Program-made: the position numbers and the translations under genes | Source of the DNA: Spirochaetia bacterium | GTDB lineage: Bacteria; Spirochaetota; Spirochaetia; SZUA-6; Bin103 | NCBI GenBank assembly: GCA_965203515.1 | Contig: OZ241907.1 | Span: 1,152,001-1,216,000 of the forward strand | Length of the DNA stretch: 64,000 nt | Direction of reading: 5' to 3' | Notes under the pieces: generated by a model | What the model saw: the letters and a program-made list of their open reading frames with translations, nothing else | What the model was told of the DNA's origin: nothing | The model's database searches: none | Shown: positions 39,069 to 48,239 of the stretch, piece by piece | How positions within the stretch are numbered: the stretch's first letter is position 1 | Layout of the letters: each line of letters opens with the position of its first letter

Positions 39069-40958
39069 TCAGCGGCCGGCGACCGTGACCAGCGCCTCGG
39101 CGATCGGGCCGTGCGGCTGGCCGTCGACGGCGATCCGCGCGGTCACCAGCCGGCGGATGCCGTCGCCGGCGTCCGGGGCGGCCGCCTGCAGCCGCACCTC
39201 TCCCCGCTCGCCGGCGCGGAGGCGAACCGATGCCGCAGCGCCGGCTCGCCAGCCGGGCGGCGGCTCGATCTCTGCGGTATAGGCAGCGTCGCGTTCCAGG
39301 TTGTTGCGCAGCAGGAGCCGGTACTCGACCGTCCCGCCCGGTCCGGTGGTGGTCAGGTACGGGAGCAGCCGCGCCCAGAAGAGGTCGACGTAGTGATCGG
39401 CCGGCTCGGCCACCAGGTTGCGGAACACCCGTTCCTTGCGGGCGATGAAGTCCGCGTACTCGTCGAGTTGCTGCTTCGAGCAGTCGATCACGTCGCGGTG
39501 GCCGGGGCAGATCAGCTCCGGGTCGACGCGGCGCATCACCTCCGCGCAGCGCCGGTGCATGCCGAGCTGGAAGCTGTTGCGCAGGACCGTGGTCTGATAC
39601 GGCTTGCCGATCGCCGCGCCGGCGCGCAACGCGTCGGCCACGAAGAAGTTGTCGCCGGTGAAGGCGACCCGGCGGCCGTCGATCAGACCGGCGTACACGG
39701 AATGGAACTCGGTCTGGCCGGGGGCGTGGTAGATGTCGAACCGGTACTCCTCCCACTCGAAGCGCTCGCCGTCGCGCAGATGGCGGTCGATGCGGATCGG
39801 TCGCGGGTACGTGCACGGCGTGCTGGCCCAGGCGGCCGGGTCTTCGAGCACCTGCGCCACCTCCTGCAGCGCCCAGCAGCGGGTGCCGTGATGGCGCTGC
39901 AGATACGGGATGCCGCAGGTGTGGTCGTCATGGATGTGCGTCGGCACGACCAGATCGAACGCGGTCACCCCGTAGTCGTCGCGCAGCTCCTCCAGGTGGT
40001 GAGCGACGAAGCGCATCGACTCCAGGCCGTGGTGCTCGGCGCCGGTGTGCATGTGCGCGGCCAGCGAGTGGCCGTAGTCGACGAACATCGCCTTGCCGGA
40101 GTCGCTCAGGATCACGTAGAAGTTGCTGCAGGTCCACGGCCCGCCCCACAACAGGTGGCGGGACAGCGGCTGCAACCGGGCGTCCGGCAGGAAGTGGGCC
40201 GGCGGCAGGTCCGAACCCGACGCCGATCCCGCCACGCGCATGCCGTTGCCCAACGCCACGCAGTCGGCCAGCCGCCGCCGCAGGCGCGCGACGTCGCCGG
40301 CCACGTCCGTGATCGCCGTGCCATGGGACGGATAGGCGGTCCGCACGTCCAGACGCGCCAGCGCGTCGATCGATTCGATCGTGAACGCGATCCCCTCCAT
40401 CCCGCCGTAGGCGTACTCCATGGCGTGGAGTTGGTAGAGCGTGCCGCCGGCGTTCATCAGGTCGCCCGTGAACGCCACCCGCTGGCCGTCGATGGCGGCG
40501 ATCAGCATCGACGCCCCGCGCGTGTGGCCCTTGGCCGGCACGATCTCGAACCGGTAGCCGCGCCACGTGAAGGTCTCGTAGTCCTGCAGAGCGGCGTCCA
40601 CGGCGATGTCGCGCGCCGCCGTGAAGAAGGTATTGCGATCGTCATAATTATCATACACTCGCCGCGTCCGCCAGAAGAGCTCGGCGTCCTCGAACAGGTG
40701 GCGCTCGTGTTCCGGCGCCGCCACCCTGGCGCCGGCGGCAGCCAGCGCCGGCGTGCCCGCGCACTGATCCCGGTGGTGGTGGGTGTGCAGCACCCACTCG
40801 ACGGCCGACGCTCCCGTGTCGGCCAACGCTTCGACAACCGCGCCGGAGCCGGAGTCGATCAGCAGCGCCTTACCGTCGTCTACGACGATATAGGCGTTAC
40901 ATATGTCAGAAAAACAATACAGATGCTCGCTCAGCCGCGTCAGACGGGAGTCTCCCAT
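39069..40958 (-). CDS. Tandem MBL-fold metallo-hydrolase with C-terminal beta-sandwich
   Basis: Two HxHxD motifs (THHHRDQ, THIHDDH), GHT, PSHG, PGH. Confidence 0.88.
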   Translation of the reverse strand: MGDSRLTRLSEHLYCFSDICNAYIVVDDGKALLIDSGSGAVVEALADTGASAVEWVLHTHHHRDQCAGTPALAAAGARVAAPEHERHLFEDAELFWRTRRVYDNYDDRNTFFTAARDIAVDAALQDYETFTWRGYRFEIVPAKGHTRGASMLIAAIDGQRVAFTGDLMNAGGTLYQLHAMEYAYGGMEGIAFTIESIDALARLDVRTAYPSHGTAITDVAGDVARLRRRLADCVALGNGMRVAGSASGSDLPPAHFLPDARLQPLSRHLLWGGPWTCSNFYVILSDSGKAMFVDYGHSLAAHMHTGAEHHGLESMRFVAHHLEELRDDYGVTAFDLVVPTHIHDDHTCGIPYLQRHHGTRCWALQEVAQVLEDPAAWASTPCTYPRPIRIDRHLRDGERFEWEEYRFDIYHAPGQTEFHSVYAGLIDGRRVAFTGDNFFVADALRAGAAIGKPYQTTVLRNSFQLGMHRRCAEVMRRVDPELICPGHRDVIDCSKQQLDEYADFIARKERVFRNLVAEPADHYVDLFWARLLPYLTTTGPGGTVEYRLLLRNNLERDAAYTAEIEPPPGWRAGAAASVRLRAGERGEVRLQAAAPDAGDGIRRLVTARIAVDGQPHGPIAEALVTVAGR

Positions 40959-41051
40959 GCCGCGCATCGTAGTGCGGGCGCCGGCGACCGGCAAACCACG
41001 CCGATCAGTGCCACGAGAACGGCGGGGTGACCGATCTCCTCGGGCGCGTCG

Positions 41052-41273
41052 TCAGGTCCCGTCGCCGCCTGCCGCGGCCGGGCCGTTGGATTGGCTCTTG
41101 AGCTGCCGGTACTCCTGCTCGCCGATCCCGGTCGCCCGCTCGATCAGCGACCAGTCGACGCCGGTCCGCAGGAAGCCGTCGATCGTCTCCAACCGCCCCT
41201 CGCGGTACCGCTGTTCGGCAACCGCGCGCATCTCCTCGCGCCCTTCCTGGCGCAGCCGCTCGCCGCTCGTCAT
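41052..41273 (-). CDS. Predicted intragenic small Rpn product (RpnS-like antitoxin), 73 aa, in frame within rpn
   Basis: AGGAGG (41286-41281), 7 nt, then ATG (41273) starting MTSGERLRQEGREE. Confidence 0.7.
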   Translation of the reverse strand: MTSGERLRQEGREEMRAVAEQRYREGRLETIDGFLRTGVDWSLIERATGIGEQEYRQLKSQSNGPAAAGGDGT

Positions 41274-42020
41274 CAACTCGCCTCCTGCCGCCGTGCGGCT
41301 CAATATCTCGCCCATCTCCTCGGGCGTGTCCTCGGGTCCCGTCTCCAGGATATACCGCATGAACATCTTCATGTCGTCCTGCCCGTCGCTCCCTTCCCGC
41401 TCCAAGTCGCCCAGCAGCGGCCGCATCCGCTGTCGCGCCTCCCGCACCGCGCGGTTGAACGCGTGCATCATCGTCAGTTGCAGCAACCGCGCCCGGACGC
41501 TGCCGGCCGCCTGCGCCGGCGACACCTGCGTCTGGTCGAACAGCAGGTGCTCGAACCGGGGCAACCATGGCCAGTCCCGCGTTGCGGCGGGGAACAGGTC
41601 GGCGAACTGCGGTGACGGCCGCCAGCCGGTGGGACCCTGGTAGAAGACCAGGGGCAGGATCGGGCGCAGGGAGCGCGCCTCCTTGCGGGCCTGGCGGTCG
41701 CGCTCCCAGATGCGGCAACAGTAGCCGAGCAGGCGGAGGCGCAGCCAGAAATCCGGCGTGGACTGGTGCTCGAACAGCAGGTAGAGCCAGAGCGAGGCGA
41801 GGTCGTCGCCGGGTTCGGCATAGCGGATCTCGAACAGCAGGTCGGAAGCGGCGCCGCGGAGGTCCGGGGTGACGAAGGAGGCGGGGTGGCGCTTGAGGGT
41901 GGGCCAGTCCAGCGAGCGGCGGAGCCGCGGGGGCAGCCGGGCTTGCAGGAATGACGCGGCTTCCGCCGGTGCGCCGAACACGCGCTTGAACAGGTGGTCG
42001 TGGGGCTGGTGGATCGCCAT
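41052..42020 (-). CDS. Rpn family recombination-promoting nuclease / YhgA-like (PD-(D/E)XK), long form, 322 aa
   Basis: PHDHLFK, SFV..DL...SDLLF, LLFEHQSTPD, RLLGY, ILPLVFYQG. Confidence 0.93.
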   Translation of the reverse strand: MAIHQPHDHLFKRVFGAPAEAASFLQARLPPRLRRSLDWPTLKRHPASFVTPDLRGAASDLLFEIRYAEPGDDLASLWLYLLFEHQSTPDFWLRLRLLGYCCRIWERDRQARKEARSLRPILPLVFYQGPTGWRPSPQFADLFPAATRDWPWLPRFEHLLFDQTQVSPAQAAGSVRARLLQLTMMHAFNRAVREARQRMRPLLGDLEREGSDGQDDMKMFMRYILETGPEDTPEEMGEILSRTAAGGELMTSGERLRQEGREEMRAVAEQRYREGRLETIDGFLRTGVDWSLIERATGIGEQEYRQLKSQSNGPAAAGGDGT

Positions 42021-42288
42021 GCCCCATACACGGGCCGGCCGTCGGTGGCGCTTCAACGCACGGCGGTCACGGCCGCCGAATCACTTCCAGGGGTCAGCCA
42101 TCGCCTCAAGCAGGAGACCGCCGGCACGTGCTACGATGATGCTGAAAATGGGATCGTACGCCGCAGGCAGGAGGGGAATCTTGGGTAGAGCATCGTTGGT
42201 ATCGCTGTTGCTGGCCGCCGGTATCGCCGCGCTGATGGCGTGTTCCCAGGCCGCGCGCCCGGCAGCCGCGCCCGCCGACCCGGCCCAA

Positions 42289-42306
42289 GGGGGGGGGGGG
42301 GGGGGG
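42289..42306 (+). repeat. Poly-G homopolymer (18 G)
   Basis: caa-G18-taag. Confidence 0.98.
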
Positions 42307-42628
42307 TAAGCCGCCGAGCGAGCCGGCGCCAACCCCGCAGCCGGCAGAGAAGCGCTGGACGATCGGCGCGGCTGACTTTGGCAATGATGAACCGAACCTG
42401 ACGGGCGCAGTGTCCAACCGTTCCGCGCCCTATGCCTGGGAGCGGATCACCGCCGGCGGCGTGCGCGTTTCGATTGGCGGGCAGGACCTGCCGTTCACGA
42501 GCACGAGCGCCAAGCCGGTCTTCGCGTCCGATCTCTCCGGCGCGGAGTGGACGGTTGCCGCCGAGGTGCGGGCGGGGGAAGTGGTGCTGGTGCTCACCGC
42601 CCCCGATCAGTCGGGCGCCGGCGACACG

Positions 42629-43820
42629 GTTGAGTCGGTGATGATCACGAACCGGGGGAGCGGCTACACGACAGACCCGACCGTGACCTTTTCGGCCCCG
42701 CCGGCCGGAGGAGCCACGGCAACCGGCACCGCGACGGGGTCCCGGTACGTCGACTCCGTGACGATTACGACCGTGGGGAGCGGCTACGCCTCGGTCCCCA
42801 CCGTCACCTTTTCGGCGCCGCCATCCGGCGGCACGGCTACCGGCGCCGCAGTAGGGTCCGGTACCGTCGATTCCGTGACGGTCGGGACCGCGGGAAGCGG
42901 CTACACGTCCGTTCCCAGCGTGACGTTCGGGGCGGCGCCGGCCGGCGGCACCACGGCGACCGGCACCGCAACGCGGCGAACCGAAGTAGCGAACGTGACG
43001 ATGACGAACCGGGGGAGCGGTTACACGGCTGCCCCAACCGTGACCTTTGGCGCTCCGCCGTCCGGTGGCACCCGCGCAACCGGAACCGCGGTGATAGGCG
43101 GCGGTCAAGTGTTAAACATAAGCTACACGAACCGGGGGAGCGGCTACACTACTGCCCCTTCCGTTACCTTTTCGGGAGGAGGGGGCAGCGGTGCGGCCGC
43201 CACCGCGACGCTGAGAACCAGCAGAATAGAGGCAGTGACGATCACGAACCGGGGGAACGGTTACATGGCTGCCCCCGCCGTGACGTTTCCGGCCTCGCCC
43301 ATTCTCATCACGGCAACCGGCACCGCGGCGCTGCAAAGCGGCGTGGCGTCAGTGACGGTCACGAACGGCGGGAGCGGCTACACCTCCGCCCCCACCGTGA
43401 CCTTCGGAGCAGCGCCGGGCGGCGGCACCACCGCGACCGGCACTGCGGCGCTGCGCTACCGCGTAGTGTCGGTGACGGTCGCGGACGGCGGGAGCGGCTA
43501 CACCTCCGCCCCCGCCGTGACCTTTGCGGCAGCGCCGAGCGGCGGCGCCACCGCCGCCGGCACCGCGGTGCTGCGCTACGGCGTAGCGTCGGTGACGGTC
43601 ACCAACGGAGGAAGCGGCTATACCTCTGCCCCCACCGTGACCTTCGCGGCAGCGCCGAGCGGCGGCACCACGGCCGCCGGCACCGCGGTGCTGCGAACCG
43701 GCGTAACGTCGGTGACGGTCACGAACGGAGGAAGCGGTTACACCGCTGCCCCGACCGTGACCTTTTCGGCGCCGGCCAGCGGTACCCGTGCGACCGGCGC
43801 GGCCAAGCTGGCGGAGGGCG
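42629..43820 (+). repeat. Ten ~40-aa (~120-nt) tandem repeats VxSVTxTNxGSGYTxAPTVTFxAxPxGGTxATGTA
   Basis: Direct reading of the ORF; units 7-10 are the most similar to each other at DNA level. Confidence 0.95.
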
Positions 43821-44053
43821 GCTACGATCAGTACCAGAACCTGTTTTGGGCGCGCCGGACGCTGGCGGGCAAGCAGCTTCTGATTCAGATAGCGGATTAG
43901 GCCGGCGGCTGCTGACGGGAGCTACGACTGCGTTGCGAACACGGTCCCGGCGGGGGTCCAGTACGTGTGAGCGCCGGCCGCTGGCACTCCGCAGACGGCC
44001 TCCCGGCTCCCCCGGTCACCAAACGCGCATTCGCCGCGTGGTAGGCTGGGCGC

Positions 44054-45373
44054 ATGAGCATCACGCCGCGGCAGCGGGAGCTGCTGGCTCGCACGTGGGT
44101 CGACTTCACCCCCATGCGGCGCTTCGCCGCCGCGCCGCTGATCGTCACGCGCGCCGACGGCGTCTACTACTGGGACGCCGCCGGCCGGCGCTACCTCGAC
44201 GCCATCGGCGGCATCTTCGTCGCCAGTCTGGGCCACCGCCACCCGCGCGTGCTGGCCGCGGTCCGCGAGCAGATGGACCGGCTCGCCTTTGCCCCGCCCC
44301 TGCACGGCATGGCCGACGTCACCCTGGAGCTGGTCGACAAGCTCGGCGCCGTCACCCCCGGCGACCTGGACTTCATCAAGACCTTCTCCGGCGGCTCGGA
44401 AGCGGTCGAGGCGGCGCTCAAGCTGGCACGCCAGTACTGGAAGCAGAGCGGCCGCCCCGGCAAGTACAAGGTGATCAGCCGCTACTACGGCTACCACGGC
44501 AGCTCCTTCGGCGCCATGGCGGCCAGCGGCACCGGGCCGCGCAAGAGCAAGTTCGAACCGCAGATGGGCGGCTTCGTCAAGGTCTTTCCCCCCACCCACT
44601 ACCGCGGGCGCCTGTCGACCTGGGAGGAGTGCAACCGCTTCGCCGCCGCCGCGGTGGAGGACGCGATCGTCGCCGAAGACCCGGAGACGGTAGCCGCCGT
44701 CGTCGTGGAACCGATCGGCAACACCGGCGGCGTCATCACTCCCACCGAAGAGTACTTCTCCCTGCTGCGCGAGAGCTGCGACCGCCACGCGGTGCTGCTG
44801 ATCTTCGACGAAGTGATCACCGGGTTCGGGAAGACCGGCAGCATGTTCGCCGCGCAGACCTTCGGCGTGACGCCGGACGTCATCTGCTGCGGCAAGGGCA
44901 TGTCGTCGGGCGTCATCCCGATCGGCGCGATCGCCGCCCGCCGCGGCATCGGCGACGCCTTCTGGGGATCGGAGCGCGATGACGTCCACTTCATGCACGG
45001 CAACACCTTCGCCGGCCACCCGCTCGCCGCCGCGGCGGCGAGCGCCGTGATCGACACGATCGCCGACGGCGACCTGTGCGCCCGCGCCCGCGACCACGGC
45101 GCCTACCTCCGCTCCCGTCTGGAGGCGCTGCGCGGCACCGGGGTGATCCGCGAGGTCCGCGGGCGCGGCGTGCTGCTCGGCGTCGAGCTGACCGACCCGC
45201 GCGTAGGCGCCGCCCTCGCGCGGCGGGCGGTCGGCGACGGCATCATCCTGCGCGTCGATCCCGCCTGGTTCGCCATCGCTCCGGCGCTGACCGCCGACCG
45301 GGACCAGCTCGACGCCATCTGCGACCGGATCGAGGCCAGCCTGCAGGCGGCGATCGCCGACGCCGGGCGGTAG
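44054..45373 (+). CDS. Class III aminotransferase (BioA/omega-TA-like)
   Basis: GGSEAVEAALK, YHG, VEPI, IFDEVITGFGKTG, PDVICCGKG, HGNTFAGHP. Confidence 0.93.
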   Translation: MSITPRQRELLARTWVDFTPMRRFAAAPLIVTRADGVYYWDAAGRRYLDAIGGIFVASLGHRHPRVLAAVREQMDRLAFAPPLHGMADVTLELVDKLGAVTPGDLDFIKTFSGGSEAVEAALKLARQYWKQSGRPGKYKVISRYYGYHGSSFGAMAASGTGPRKSKFEPQMGGFVKVFPPTHYRGRLSTWEECNRFAAAAVEDAIVAEDPETVAAVVVEPIGNTGGVITPTEEYFSLLRESCDRHAVLLIFDEVITGFGKTGSMFAAQTFGVTPDVICCGKGMSSGVIPIGAIAARRGIGDAFWGSERDDVHFMHGNTFAGHPLAAAAASAVIDTIADGDLCARARDHGAYLRSRLEALRGTGVIREVRGRGVLLGVELTDPRVGAALARRAVGDGIILRVDPAWFAIAPALTADRDQLDAICDRIEASLQAAIADAGR

Positions 45374-45388
45374 CGGGCCGCCGGCCGA

Positions 45389-46384
45389 TCAGCCCGGATC
45401 GTCTTCGATCACGCGGAGCTGCGTGCGCAGGTCCTCGATCTCCCGCTCCCAGAAGGCCCGCCCGCCCCACTGCGGGAACGACTCCAGGAAGCGCAGGTCG
45501 CGGCGCTGCAGCGCCTGCCACGCCAGGTAGTAGATCATCCGCATGAGCCGCAGCGGCTCGATCAGCGCCACGGTCCGCCGGTCGAACGGCTGAAACCGCT
45601 CGTAGCCCTCCAGCAGCAACGCCAGCTCCCGGCGGCTGTCGGCGACCCGGCCCGGCAGCAGCAGCCACAGGTCCTGCACGGCCGGGCCGATCATCATGTC
45701 GTCGAAGTCGATGATCAGCAGCCCCTGCTCCGCGCGATCGAGAATGTTGCCGCGGTGGCAATCGCCGTGCAGGCGCTGCAGCGCGACGCCGTCGAACAGC
45801 GGCGCGATCCGCTCCACGGCGGCGTCCGCCAGATCGTAGAACTCGCCGGCCAGGTCCGGCGGCACCAGCTCGGCCTGCTCCATGTCATCCAGGAACCGCG
45901 CCGTCGACTCCTCCGGCGTGCAGGTCATCCGGTGCTCGGCGGCGCCGTGCGCGGCGGCCGCGTGCAGCCGCCCCACCAGCGCGCCGATGCGCAGCCAGTC
46001 ATCGTCACGGTCGGCGTCGAAGGTCCGGCCGCTGCGCTTCGGATAGACCGAGAAGCAGAACTCCTGCTCCCGTTCCGCCCGCACCACGTCCACCACGTGC
46101 AGCACGTCGCCGGCGGCGTCGGCGACCGGCGCCACTACCGGCAGCTCCAGGGCGGCGCATTCGCCGACCAGCAGGTGCTCCTCCGCGATCGCCTCGTAGC
46201 TCCAGCGTCCGGGGCGGTAGAACTTGGCGACGTATTGCCGGTCGTCCTCGGCCCTGAAGCCGTACACGCGGTTCACGTAGCTGGGGAAGCTGGTCAGCGC
46301 CCCGTCCACGCGCGCGCCGATGACCGACTCGATCGCCTGCACCGCCACGTGCGGGGTGAGCAGCTCGAAGGTTCCGACGTTCAC
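45389..46384 (-). CDS. srkA: Stress response Ser/Thr kinase (SrkA/RdoA family)
   Basis: SYVNRVY, AKFYRPGRWS, LHGDCHRGNIL, IDFDD, GPAVQDLW, FPQW. Confidence 0.9.
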   Translation of the reverse strand: MNVGTFELLTPHVAVQAIESVIGARVDGALTSFPSYVNRVYGFRAEDDRQYVAKFYRPGRWSYEAIAEEHLLVGECAALELPVVAPVADAAGDVLHVVDVVRAEREQEFCFSVYPKRSGRTFDADRDDDWLRIGALVGRLHAAAAHGAAEHRMTCTPEESTARFLDDMEQAELVPPDLAGEFYDLADAAVERIAPLFDGVALQRLHGDCHRGNILDRAEQGLLIIDFDDMMIGPAVQDLWLLLPGRVADSRRELALLLEGYERFQPFDRRTVALIEPLRLMRMIYYLAWQALQRRDLRFLESFPQWGGRAFWEREIEDLRTQLRVIEDDPG

Positions 46385-47175
46385 ACCGAAGTGTAGCCGC
46401 CGTCGACCGGGAGCGCCGCGCCGGTGATGAACGACGCCTCGTCGGACGCCAGGAACAGCGCCGCGTACGCCACCTCCTCCGCCGTGCCGAGCCGGCCGAG
46501 CGGCTGCATCGCCTCCATCCGCGCGCGCCATGCCGGATCGCCGGTGAGCGTTCGGGTCAGCGGCGTCACCACGAACGCCGGGCACAGCGCGTTCACGCGG
46601 ACGCCGCGCGCGCCGAAGGCGTTGGCCATGTCCCGGGTCAGGCCGATGACGCCGGCCTTGCCGGGCGGATACGGATCGTCGCCGGTCCCGAAGAACATCG
46701 GCCGGCCCACCAACCCGTAGATCGACGAGAGATTGACGATCGCCCCGCCGCCGGCCATCGACTGCACGGCACGCCGCGAGATCAGGTAGGTGCCCTTCAG
46801 ATTGACCGCCATCACCCAGTCCCAGACCCGTTCGTAGTCCCAGTCGGACGGCGCGTAGCGCGGCGTGACCCCCGCCGAGTTGACCACGATGTCGAGTCCG
46901 CCGAACGCCGCGACCGCGTCATCCACGCACGCCTCCGCCTCGCGGCGGACCGACACGTCGGCCGTGATCGGCACCGCGCGGCCGCCGCCGTCGGCGATCG
47001 CGCGGGCGGTCCGCGCCGCCGCGTCCGCGTCCCGGTCGGCGCCCGCGACCGCCGCGCCGTGCCGGGCGAACATCGCCGCGACCGCCGCGCCGATCCCGGA
47101 GCCGGCTCCGGTGATCAACGCCCGCTTGTCTTCGAGCCGCCCGCCGCCGGCCACCCCTGCACCCATCGCTCCCAT
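46381..47175 (-). CDS. SDR family oxidoreductase
   Basis: TGAGSGIG, VNSAG, YPPGK (YxxxK), RVNALCP, VDGG. Confidence 0.93.
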   Translation of the reverse strand: MGAMGAGVAGGGRLEDKRALITGAGSGIGAAVAAMFARHGAAVAGADRDADAAARTARAIADGGGRAVPITADVSVRREAEACVDDAVAAFGGLDIVVNSAGVTPRYAPSDWDYERVWDWVMAVNLKGTYLISRRAVQSMAGGGAIVNLSSIYGLVGRPMFFGTGDDPYPPGKAGVIGLTRDMANAFGARGVRVNALCPAFVVTPLTRTLTGDPAWRARMEAMQPLGRLGTAEEVAYAALFLASDEASFITGAALPVDGGYTSV

Positions 47176-47231
47176 GACGGCGATCATAGCGCCGTAGCGC
47201 ACCGGCCGGGCGGGTCGGTATCATGGAGCCG

Positions 47232-48209
47232 ATGACCGCACCCGCACGCCCGCTCCACGTCGGCGTCTGCTTCGACCTGGGCCCTGACTTCCTGGCCCGG
47301 CTCCGGTCGGAGTTTCCCGACACCCGCTTCACCGCCGCCTGCACGCCCGCAGAACAACGGCGGATCGCGCCCGACGTCGACGTCATCTTCGGGCGGCTCG
47401 ACCGGAACGCCTTTCTGCGCGCGTCGCGCCTGCGCTGGTACCACTTCATCGGCATCGGCTTCGACTCGGTGCTGCGCAGGGTCCCGGAGTTCGCTTCCAG
47501 CGGCGTGCTGATGACCAACGCGCGCGAGGCGCACGTCATCCCGATGGCCGAGTACGCGTTGGGTATGATGCTGGCGCTCGCCCACCACCTCCGCGAGTCG
47601 CTCGACGACCAGGCCGCCCGGCGCTGGCGCACCGAGCACTACCGCGCGCGCATCCTGGAGCTGGCCGGATCGACCATGGGCCTGCTGGCCTTCGGCGACA
47701 TCGGCCGGGCCGTGGCGCGGCGCGCGGCGGCGTTCGACATGGAGGTGTATGCGGTCGACCTGGAGCCGATCCCCCGCCCTCCCGGCGTCGCCGCCGTGTG
47801 GCCGATCGACCGGCTGCACGACCTGTTGGAGCGCACCGACTGGCTGGTGGTCACGGCGCCGCGCACCGCCGCTACCGAGCGGATGATCGGCGCCGATCAA
47901 CTCGCCCGCCTGCGTCCCGGCGCACACGTCGTGGTCGTCTCACGCGGGGGCATCGTGGACGAGGAAGCGCTGGTCGCCGCGATCGACGCGGGCCATCTGG
48001 GGGGCGCGGCGATCGACGCCACCACCGAGGAGCCGCCGGCGTCGGACAGCCCGCTGTGGGACCATCCGCGCATCTACCTGACCGCGCACGTGTCGGCCGA
48101 ATCGGCGCAACTCCTGACACGGCGGGGCGAGGTCTTCATCGACAACCTGCGGCGCTATCTGGCCGGCGAAGAGCTCCGCTTCCGTTGCGACCTGGCGCGC
48201 GGTTACTGA
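47232..48209 (+). CDS. D-2-hydroxyacid dehydrogenase family protein
   Basis: FGDIGRAVA, SRGGIVDE, EEPP, LTAHVSA; ATG 47232 chosen from the -10 spacing (47223 also possible). Confidence 0.9.
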   Translation: MTAPARPLHVGVCFDLGPDFLARLRSEFPDTRFTAACTPAEQRRIAPDVDVIFGRLDRNAFLRASRLRWYHFIGIGFDSVLRRVPEFASSGVLMTNAREAHVIPMAEYALGMMLALAHHLRESLDDQAARRWRTEHYRARILELAGSTMGLLAFGDIGRAVARRAAAFDMEVYAVDLEPIPRPPGVAAVWPIDRLHDLLERTDWLVVTAPRTAATERMIGADQLARLRPGAHVVVVSRGGIVDEEALVAAIDAGHLGGAAIDATTEEPPASDSPLWDHPRIYLTAHVSAESAQLLTRRGEVFIDNLRRYLAGEELRFRCDLARGY

Positions 48210-48239
48210 GCGACCGGACCGATCACGATCGAGAGCGCC

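Larger units (their letters stand above)
42148..43900 (+). pseudogene. Surface lipoprotein with ten GSGYT repeats, out of frame at a G18 tract (probable phase-variable OFF allele)
   Basis: Signal peptide and LMA-C lipobox (Cys 42241) in frame 1 stop at 42309; frame 2 is open from the G tract to 43900; G17 or G20 would fuse them; ATGs at 42136/42139/42148. Confidence 0.8.

Noticed and set aside
37731..41030. 1099-aa + strand ORF and similar long antisense ORFs (245-2656, 3171-5465, 12276-14993, 26274-28313, 50384-52261)
   Set aside because: Shadow frames of well-supported genes on the opposite strand, expected at high GC; no family motifs
42629..43820. Repeat arrays here and at 59186-59452 as CRISPR or DGR template/variable repeats
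   Set aside because: Both are in-frame coding tandem repeats with no unique spacers; no cas or reverse transcriptase genes
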